DNA of 63,560 bases, the filler included, from Folioceros fuciformis (Eukaryota): assembly GCA_049999805.1 (NCBI GenBank). It is 6 parts of 6 records of this genome, joined end to end, with 100 filler letters (N's around TTAATTAATTAA, not from the genome) between each part and the next. Parts side by side here need not be neighbours in the genome. Positions count along the whole stretch, not along the records: positions 44,897 to 59,334 come from JBNGIO010004160.1; positions 59,435 to 63,560 come from JBNGIO010004173.1; 4 more parts are not named here. One strand, given 5' to 3'. The translations under genes and the position numbers were made by a program. Below the pieces are notes generated by a model. The model saw only the letters and a list, made by a program, of their open reading frames with translations. It made no database searches and was not told the origin of the DNA. Below are positions 51,841 through 60,965 of this stretch, piece after piece; the first letter of the stretch is position 1; each line of letters opens with the position of its first letter.

Positions 51841-52604
51841 CCTGATCTCTTGCAGGCTGTAGGTCAGTCATGCAACCATCCGTCAAAGTGCACGCATCCT
51901 GGTGCTATCGAGTCAACAAACCCTAAACAGTCCGTCCAGCGGCGGCTTGACAAGTCGAGCTCGGATAAGGCGTGGGCAGGGCATGGCGAACCTGCAGAAG
52001 CAGGAGAGACAAAAAAATCCAGCTGCCGTGACCTCCGCGACGAGCTTCTACGTACTGCGATGGCTGCAAGGGTTTCTTCTACACAATGTCTTAGGGTTGA
52101 TCGGGCTTCTCCTTGCTTCCACTTTGAATGTTCTTCATCGTCGTCGTACCCGTGTTCCGTTCGAGTTCAACGGGGGTAAGTATATATCCGTTATTGCCAC
52201 AACGATAGCTCCTGGCAAAACCTTTTGATGAAATTAAACATGTGTTTGATGGAAAAAGCAAGCACTGTACATTGTCAGGGTCTGCATTTTCGCTTCAGTC
52301 TCAGGCCCTTAAAACAAGGTGCCTGATACTGATAGCTGCAGTCTGACGGGCGGTCTGAAGAACAGACTGTGACCGACGAGATGTAAACGACACTTCGCGA
52401 CAAACATCGAATCGCTACAGCTACCACCACGTGTAATTGAATCAGGTTCTGCCTGTGCTCCTCAACATCAAACGGCACGGATGAGCAGAGCAGCAAGCCA
52501 AAATTGTCTGCCACCTCTTCCGGTGGCTGGTCAGGGGGTGGAAATCGAATGAACAGAGCTAAAGATAGTCACGGCAAGGTAAGTACTGACTGACTGTATG
52601 TAAG

Positions 52605-54185
52605 TTAGCGGCCCACAACACTGCAGCAGTCATCAGCCTCCGGAAGAGTTGCAGGGGCCAGGGAGGCCACGCAGTTGAATCTTGGACTGGAGTACTTCTT
52701 GTGAACGACAGTCAGGTTACCTTGGCCTGCCTTCTTGTGGAAGTTCACCATCATATTTGCACACTCAATAAGCTGCTTCTCCTGGTAGCCAGAGTGGCGC
52801 TGCAGGAGGCTGGTCCAGCAAGGGGACCTTTGCAGAGTGCAGTGAGCAGTGAGGACAGCAGCTGCTGCAAGGTGTGAGGGGGCAAATCTCACCATGGAGT
52901 ACTCGACTAAACACAACTCCACCAGAAAGAAGGAGACAAGCTCCAGTTGTTTGTCGGATAGACTGGCCTTGAGGAATCTAACGATGAAGACATAAGGCGT
53001 TGGAACTGTGAGGTTGAAGTGCAGTGTGTTGAGCATCGTCTTCTCCATTGCCAGCACTTGGTCCCGGGAATACGCTTTGTCGCAGATGAACACGAAGTCT
53101 TTCACCTCTGGGGCAAATATCTCTTCATACTTGGAAGCCAGGAGCATGGCAGTCATTCCCACCAGCTGGAGATTCTTCCTGGAAACGCTATGGACTGCCA
53201 GGAAGCGGTCTATCAAATTGGTTGTCAAGAAGAGAGTCTCCGGCATTAGCTTGAACTTGAGGTGCACTTCGATGAGCCAGTCAACCAAAATGGCTCGCAT
53301 CTTTTCGTTGATGTCCGCCTGGCTGCGCATGTAATCTGCGGACAAACAGTACTGCACCTCTGCCTTGCGGTAGAAGCTGTAGATATCCTCGATATAGTCG
53401 ACGACGGCCAATTGGTTCCCGACGTCCGCCTCATCTATGTCAGGCAACGGCGGCTCGGCCTCCACCATGTCCGCATCAAATCCGCCGCAAGCTGCCTCAC
53501 TGCGGGAAGTCAAGATGGCTGTGAGAGTGAGGTCCTTTTTGCTGTAGCTCCTGCCTGTGGAGCTGATGGAGTCCTTCACATGCTCCTGCTGGCCCGGCAA
53601 ACTAGCGGAAGCGCGACCTCCAGCAAGACCGGAGCTAGCATTCGCCCTCCCCTTCCCGGCCACAGCGTTGGACGCCGGCAGAGGCGGGAGCATTGCATTT
53701 GCAGCAGAAGCCGCGGAGCCTTCCCTCACCTNNNNNNNNNNNNNNNNNNNNNNNNNNNNNNNNNNNNNNNNNNNNNNNNNNNNNNNNNNNNNNNNNNNNN
53801 NNNNNNNNNNNNNNNNNNNNNNNNNNNNNNNGGCGCCTCCATCCGCAGCCTTGGCTTGCAAGGCAACAACAGCAACAGCTCCTGATATCTGGCTCTCTCC
53901 CGCTGCCGCGGCAGCCGCGGCGGCAGATCGCCTGGTCATCGGGTGCGACACCTTCGCCACCTGCTTGGCCCCGGCTCCAGTCTCCGCCGCGCCTTCCATA
54001 CTCACATTGGAAGAACGAGTAGCAAGAGGCCCGACGAGGTTGCCGATGTCACCAAGTGCTCTCCGCTGGTTCCCCTGACTAGCGAGACGCGCGTTGCCTC
54101 CCATCGCGCCTCCCTTGGTAGAGGCAGCCTTGCCTTCTCCTCTAGAATTCTCATCCACCCGGCTCTGAGGCTGCACAGCGGCCAT
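52605..54185 (-). CDS. CYCB: B-type mitotic cyclin; no coding intron visible (100-N gap at 53732-53831)
   Basis: D-box RRALGDIGN, NQLAVVDYIEDIY, MRAILVDWLIEVH, LQLVG..A.LLASKYEE, TPYVF..RFLKA, VHKKYSS. The ORF is continuous on both sides of the gap. Confidence 0.95.
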   Translation of the reverse strand: MAAVQPQSRVDENSRGEGKAASTKGGAMGGNARLASQGNQRRALGDIGNLVGPLATRSSNVSMEGAAETGAGAKQVAKVSHPMTRRSAAAAAAAAGESQISGAVAVVALQAKAADGGAXXXXXXXXXXXXXXXXXXXXXXXXXXXXXXXXXXVREGSAASAANAMLPPLPASNAVAGKGRANASSGLAGGRASASLPGQQEHVKDSISSTGRSYSKKDLTLTAILTSRSEAACGGFDADMVEAEPPLPDIDEADVGNQLAVVDYIEDIYSFYRKAEVQYCLSADYMRSQADINEKMRAILVDWLIEVHLKFKLMPETLFLTTNLIDRFLAVHSVSRKNLQLVGMTAMLLASKYEEIFAPEVKDFVFICDKAYSRDQVLAMEKTMLNTLHFNLTVPTPYVFIVRFLKASLSDKQLELVSFFLVELCLVEYSMVRFAPSHLAAAAVLTAHCTLQRSPCWTSLLQRHSGYQEKQLIECANMMVNFHKKAGQGNLTVVHKKYSSPRFNCVASLAPATLPEADDCCSVVGR

Positions 54186-54611
54186 TGCTGCAGAATAATC
54201 GCCAATCACTCTTTCCAGAACACACAGATCTGCTCAGATGCCAAGAGCGTGCTGAGCTGGATTGATACAAGGCCAAGCAAACCACATTCCCGACTCCCCC
54301 CTGTGTTCTACCTCACCAACCACAGAATCGAGCAGGAACAACAAAATGCAAACGAGGGCTACTGAATGCAAAGAAGCGGAGGGGAGAATTGAGGGCCTCC
54401 GCCTCCGCACAATCCAAAGAAAGCAAGCGCAGATTGAGCGCTTCAGCGCCTAAGCAGGAGGCTGAGACAGCAGCAGCAGCAGCTGCGCGGTGCAGAGCAG
54501 AGCAGTGGCCTTCCTTCCGTCCTACACCGGCTTCCAAGAGAGCCCAAGCGCGAAGCAGAGCAGAATGCAGCACCATTCGGCAATGGCAAGCCGGGAGAAG
54601 AAGGGCCTGGG

Positions 54612-54774
54612 CTGAACGGACGTAAACCAGGCCAACGGCTCTCTTCTCTCTCCTTTCCCTCTCTCTGCAACGGTCACCTCCCGGCTCTCCGTCGCTGTTC
54701 CGTGCACAATGCACAAAGCACAAGGCCCTGAAAGCGCACGCTTACACCGCAACGTGCTACCGGTAACCGTTAAA
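54612..54774. promoter_or_regulatory. Cluster of MSA (mitosis-specific activator, AACGG-core) elements upstream of cyclin B
   Basis: AACGG at 54615, 54634 (GCCAACGGCT) and 54669 (TGCAACGGTCA), and the reverse CCGTT at 54767 (TTTAACGGTTA), all within ~160 bp. Confidence 0.75.
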
Positions 54775-55077
54775 CACGGAAAGTTGAGACCCTGCACCTG
54801 GCTGTATTATTTATCAAATAATATTTTATAGCCAGAGTGACTAATCCTCATTGTTAAACAACCTATCTCGTAATTGCTTACCTTGCGTGCTCGAAAATTA
54901 CCGGTTATATTGACAGAGGAGGACTGGGTGGGTTACTTAAGCTATATAAATATGGTCGTGACGCAGAGAACGTGATAGAGCCCTAGGGCGTCGAGTCGTG
55001 AGTGTCATAGTTAGAGCGCGTGGATTGGAAAAATAAACGAGAGTCCACAAACGCGCCTTGGTGGCTCTGGAGTTGCG

Positions 55078-56865
55078 ATGTGGATCGCTGCGTGCTGCTT
55101 GCAAGGCTGTGGGGCGTGTGCGTGCGCAGGGATCAAGGGAATTGCCGATGGCATATCTCGACGATCCGCGCGCATAGCATACTGCGGCCTCTTCACCTTG
55201 TCGCTCGTCGTGGCATGGATGCTTCGGGATTTCGCTGGACCGCTGCTGGAAAAGATCCCATGTAAGTGCGGTGACCTGGTGGCTGGATGTCCGGGTGCGA
55301 GCATGCGGCCTTTGAAGGAAGGAAGGAAGGAAGATGTGTGACTCTGTGTGTCTGCTTCTGTGGCTGCAGGGATCAATGTGTTTACGGATACCCCAAGCCA
55401 GGAGTGGTTTGCCACGCAGGCGGTGCTGCGTGTGAGCTTGGGGAATTTCCTTTACTTTCTAGGTTTTGCCGTGCTGATGATCGGGGTGAAGTACCAGAAT
55501 GATGTACGAGATGGATGGCACCATGGTGGCTGGATGTTCAAGCTGTTTCTGTGGATCTTGACCGTGTTCCTCATGTTCTTCTTGCCGAACGGGGTCGTCA
55601 ATGCCTACGGTATGGTTGCGGGGATGGCGTGTGAAGGGTAGGGTTTTGCTGGTGGATGTGGTGTGGCGTGGCGTGACCGGATGTTTCCTTGTGCAGGCAC
55701 GCTGGCCAAGTTCGGGTCCGGGCTGTTTCTGCTGGTTCAGGTTCTGATACTGCTGGATTTCACACATAATTGGAATGCCGCATGGGTGGCCAAGGATGAG
55801 CAGTTCTGGTAAAGTTGCCGTCTGATTCGGAAGTTTGTGAGCCTTGATGGGAGGGGAGGGGAGGTATGCATAGGGGGTCGTCTTTGTTTTACTTATGTGT
55901 GGAAGTGTGCATCCAGGTATATTGCCCTGCTTGTCTGCTCTTTAGTCTGCTACCTTGGCAGCTCTGTGCTCTCTGGCTTCCTCTTTCACTGGTTCAATCC
56001 GGCGGGTCAGGATTGCCAGCTGAACACTTTCTTCATTGTTTGTACTCTTTTCTTTGGAGTGGCCTTCGCCCTTGTCTCTCTGCATCCAAAGGTATTCCAG
56101 GGTTGACACCAACTTTGTGCATGCTCGTAGTATGTATGCGACTTGAATGAAATTTGTGTGCGTTCTTACGGCAATTCTGGGTTTTGGAATAGGTCAATGG
56201 TAGCCTTTTGCCGGCATCCGTCATCGCGTTGTACTGCACCTACCTCTGCTACAGTGCTCTTTCTAGCGAACCACGCAATTACGCTTGCAACGGGCTTCAC
56301 AGCCATGTGGAAGCTGTCTCTACCGGGACTCTTGTCATGGGGATGCTGACCACCCTCCTCTCTGTTGTATATTCTGCTGTACGAGCTGGATCCTCCACAA
56401 CTTTCCTTTCTCCTCCATCGTCACCAGTGGCTGGCGGTAAGTTGCTCCCATTGCTGTTTCACCGGTTTAGTGTTGGACGTGATTTGGAAATTACAATTGC
56501 ATTAGGACTTTCCGCTAAGCGCATTTCTGTTCTGTTCAGGTCCTCGCAAGCCACTTCTGCCATTGCGTGATGAGGAAGGTAGTGAGCTGGAAGAGGGAAA
56601 GGGTAGCCACAAGAAAAAGCGCAGTGAGGAGCCACGTCCTGTTACTTATGTGTATTCCTTCTTCCACCTGATCTTTGCCCTGGCCAGCATGTACTCAGCA
56701 ATGCTTCTCACAGGCTGGGGTAATGCAACAGTTGGTGAGAAGGATCTCATTGATGTAGGATGGCCATCTGTGTGGGTGCGCATATTTACGCTCTGGTTTA
56801 CGGCTGGACTCTACATCTGGTCGTTGGTTGCCCCCGTGTTCTTCCCCGACAGGGACTTCTCTTAG
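55078..56865 (+). CDS. Serine incorporator (SERINC/TMS family), 6 exons (55078-55261, 55370-55609, 55697-55808, 55917-56091, 56193-56436, 56540-56865)
   Basis: SRRSARIAYCGLF, AVLRVSLGNF, WHHGGW, LLDF.HNWN, VNGSLLPASVI, YSFFHLIFALASMYSAMLLTGW, FPDRDF. Intron phases are consistent. Confidence 0.95.
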
Positions 56866-57156
56866 ACGTGGTGCTGCAGATCAATATCAAGTTGGGTATG
56901 AAAGTCATCCATGCCTCTACGCTTGGGTATCAGGACTTACAGGTCTCTTGAGATGGAATGACAGCCCTATAGCTACTACTCAGTAGGGCTGGGCCATGCT
57001 GTGCGCAATTCCAGGAGAGTATAGCTTGAAGTCCTGCGACTAATTAACTGATACCCAGTATTATTTTGGCTGTTTTCTGTCGGATTTTTGTACCTATGTA
57101 AAGGATGTATATTTCTTTGGTAAAGGAGCAGGCTCTCTTGACATCTGTCCGGAGAC

Positions 57157-57315
57157 CTAGTCTACGGCGGTTGATCGAGGACTGGCTGAAACCATATCGA
57201 CGACACCGGTAGATCGAGGATTAGCTGAAACTGCATTGACTAGGATTAGGTGAAACCGCCATAGACTAGGACTACCTGAAACCGCCATAGACTTAGGACT
57301 AGCTGAAATGCCATG
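57157..57315. repeat. Degenerate short tandem repeat (~25-40-bp units)
   Basis: Recurring (A)GGA(C/T)TAGCTGAAACCGCCATAGA variants. Confidence 0.65.
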
Positions 57316-57599
57316 TAGATGGGCGGATGTGTTTGATAAAGTTGATAATATTCTCTGGTAGGGATTATCTACAAAAACAGTATATCTTTTGATCATTTTT
57401 ATTTTTACTGTGTATTATTAGTTTTATCACTGAAAAAGAGATGAAAATCTTATCTTTTCTCAAGACGGGAAGGAATTTCTTTTATATTATTTAAAAAGAG
57501 ATAAAAACCCCATCCACTCCATATACAACTCGACAAGGACAAGGCCAAAAGGTGTAAGGGCCAAAGGCCAAAGAGATACTAGGGCCAAAAGGCTAGAAG

Positions 57600-58760
57600 G
57601 GGGTACTAGCTCCTTCGAATATCATTTCCAAAACTGCTTATTGCTCCCAAAATGTTGTAATGCAAAATAACAAAAGGCTTACCTACCATTGATGCCAAAA
57701 AAGCCGCTTGACTTTGCACTTGATGTTGTTCTAAAGATGGCATTGGCCATTACTTTTTGCAAAGCAATGGATATGCATTGTGAAAAGAAGGCCACCAACC
57801 ACTGAGGAAAGAGAAAGAACCTCATTCCTATGACTATGATTCAAGTTTAAGCACTTCTCCGCAAACCTCGAAAAGTCCTTGCACCATGGCCCTATGGGTC
57901 TCAAAAGCAAGAAGGGTGAAAACATGCCCATCCTACAAAGGAGAATACTTATGGACTTTAGCATTTGCACAACCCTCGGCCACCATCCAAGGGAGGTTGA
58001 TGACATGCTCACCAATCAAGATCCATGACAACCACATTAGTGACACAAACCTATTCCCCTCTTATGAAAAAAAAGTTGACTCTAAATGAAACCTCGTTGC
58101 ACACAGTACACGGACACTCCCTATATAAGAAAGAAACATGTATTTCTTAGCCATTGAAAAAGAAAGTTGACTCTAAATGAAACCTCGTTGCGCACAATAC
58201 ACGGACACTCTTTATAAGAAAGAAACATGTATTTCTTAGTCATTGAGAATATGACATTCTTCATTGCATCATGGGTGGTAATGCAATGCCCCATGATGGG
58301 ACACCGTACCACATTGGACCTAGTGTCGACAATGGTAACCCTACAACTACATGTAAAGAGAGAGAAATCTAAGGGGTGGGCCAAACCTAAACGGAATCTT
58401 ATTGTAAAGGGGAAAGTTACAGGTACAATTTGAAATGTCTAGATGTAAGGTTGAGTAAAAAACCAAGTCCTTGCTCCTTTACTTAAACAAGAGCCAATAC
58501 GAGCTCCTGGAAACCAAGGATGGATGAGTCCAAGAGGAGAGCTCTTAGTGCCTAACTATATTGCTTTTCAAGGATGGAGGCCGAAAGACTTTTAACCCTT
58601 CTTTAAAAAAGTAGATGAAAAGAGAAAGAGTAACCACCAATGAATTCTCTTGCCTTATGCTTGTTCCTGCATCAAAAACTAAGACCCCCCTCAATGACCA
58701 GGTTCATAGTAAAGCTTAGATAACGAGCCATAGAAAGAGCAAACAAATAGGATGAGGCAA
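57600..58760 (-). mobile_element. Degraded 3' part of a CRE-like non-LTR retrotransposon (zinc finger + restriction-like endonuclease region)
   Basis: ARIGSCLSKGARTWFFTQP...F.F.IRFRLGLAHP...C.C, HCITTHDAMKNVI, AKVHKY...F.LLAFET and ALQH in order. Includes a 91-bp tandem duplication at 58072-58246. Confidence 0.65.
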
Positions 58761-59334
58761 GTCACTTGGCCCCCTACTCTGTTGACCTTCCAGACGATGA
58801 TGACTCTGGAGATGATGTTGAAAGCATTCTCGAAATATACGTGCAAAGCCACCTATATAGGATGCAAATCCAGGGTGGCCTAGGTGCCAAGGGCAATAGA
58901 TTTGCACCCAAGCCACCTAGCGAGGATGCGATTCCAGGGTGGCCTAAGTGCCAAAGGGCAATAGATTTGCACCCACCTAGGGTAACGATTCCAAATTGGT
59001 GGTGTGCAAGATGTGCTAAGAAGTGTTCACGAAGTTGAATTGTAATACTCTAGCTAATGAGGCTCAAAAAGAACTCCTTCATAGCAATAAGGCACAATCG
59101 TGATGTGGGTCTTTCCAACGCAAACAACCTTCTAGTTGCCAAAACCGAAGAGATTTGATTGGGGACCTCGCCCTTGGCTACAACAACTACTAGAGTAAAA
59201 AGCTCGAAAAACCCACTTGAAGAATCCTTATAGAAAAAAAAAATCACAAAGAAAATCAACTCTTTTGAAAACATTATTGTTGTCATTATTATGAAAAATT
59301 ATAATTTATCAAGAAGAAAAAACCTGGACAAAGT

Positions 59335-59434
59335 NNNNNNNNNNNNNNNNNNNNNNNNNNNNNNNNNNNNNNNNNNNNTTAATTAATTAANNNNNNNNNN
59401 NNNNNNNNNNNNNNNNNNNNNNNNNNNNNNNNNN
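59335..59434. other. Artificial scaffold linker
   Basis: 44N-TTAATTAATTAA-44N. Confidence 0.97.
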
Positions 59435-60590
59435 CTGCCTTGGGATCCCCCTTCTTCGCATCCCCTTTTGCATCGCCCTTCTTCGCATCCCCCTTCGCAT
59501 CTCCCTCCTTCGCATCGCCCTTCTTTTGATTCGACTTGGACGAGGCTTCGGAGTTGGAACCATCTGCCTCCGGAACCTCCTCCTCCTCTGGCTTGGGCTC
59601 CACAGGGACCGGCAGAGGGTCCATCTGGATAGTGGCCACAAACTCGATCCTCGGGTGCTTCAGCTTTCCTAGTTGCTTGCTCACGAACAGTTCGAACTTG
59701 CAGCTGGTGAACTCCGCTCCTTTGGGACACATAAATTCTGCCGGAGGATAAATGACTCGGTACTCATCCTCCTCCACATCGTACCCCATTATCTGCAACC
59801 TCTTCACCGTGCTCTTCTTAGGATGGGGTGCAGCCTCCTGCAGAAAGTACACCATGCTTCTCTCAACGCAGCTTCCGTGCACCTCCTTGAATTCCACAGC
59901 CTCCTTCTTCCAGTTCCCCTGTATCCACTTCAGCGACCTCCAATTATACCGGTACGTCACCCAGCGGCACAATCCGCTGAACATGATGCGCACCTTGAAC
60001 ACCAGAAGCTCGTACAGTTGCTTCTCATCGTTCCAAATGATCTCCTCGGAGACGATGCACTCGTTGTGGCCCTTGTCCTCCTTAGGGCACGGAATCTCCC
60101 TCCACTTGTTGGTCATGGGGTTCCCCACCCAGTACATAGGCTCCCATTCCTTCCCCTTGTCAACCTTACCCCTAAACACAACCAGCCCGGACGTCCCCGC
60201 CGCTGAGCGACACAACCGCACCGTGGTGGATTCCATTGCATCGGGAACCTTGAATCTGCTCCAACTGAGATTGCTGGGGTCGAATATGAACATCGCCGTC
60301 CCCATTTTCCAATGAGGATCACAATAATTACACGCTAAGAGCAGGCACGGCTGCTGAGGATCCACAGCCTGCGCCGTGGCAAGAGAATTCCACTTCCGGC
60401 ACACGGTCCGGCACTGGATCCGCGTCACCCATGGCAGCCGTCCCAAAATGCGGGACTGCAACTCGTCCGAGAGGAGCTCGATGTAGCAGATTTGCGGCTC
60501 CTCCACCACATGCTCCGCTTCCTCTTCTGCCTTGCCCTTCGTCTTCGCGGCTGGCGACTTCTCTTTAGGCGGTTTCTCCTGGGGAGACAT
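59435..60590 (-). CDS. F-box protein (kelch/FBA-like beta region) with K/G/D/A repeat tail, 3'-truncated
   Basis: LSDELQSRILGRLP...CRTVCRKWNSL F-box, GLV...VGNPMTNKWREIP, tail of KKGDAKGDA repeats. Confidence 0.88.
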
Positions 60591-60965
60591 CTTCTATCAA
60601 GCCGCACTCACACGGGAGGAAAACGTCTCGGACCACCAGGAAACGGAACATGTATCTAGCGGGTGGGATTCAAGGGCAGAAAGGCGTGTCCGCCCAAAGT
60701 ATTGTATAGCTGTACCACAGAGAGTCCTTGGTTTCGCAACTGCGAACCACTTCGGTGAATGGCGTATAGTCAATTTGACGAAAATGCAGGTCATCACTCG
60801 GCGACACCCGCCTCAGACGACCAGAAAAAATTGTTACACATAATACAAAATGAAAACAGATGTAGNNNNNNNNNNNNNNNNNNNNNNNNNNNNNNNNNNN
60901 NNNNNNNNNNNNNNNNNNNNNNNNNNNNNNNNNNNNNNNNNNNNNNNNNNNNNNNNNNNNNNNNN

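Noticed and set aside
51918..51927. Telobox-like AAACCCTAAA upstream of SWC2
   Set aside because: A single short motif is common by chance and is not enough to call a regulatory site.
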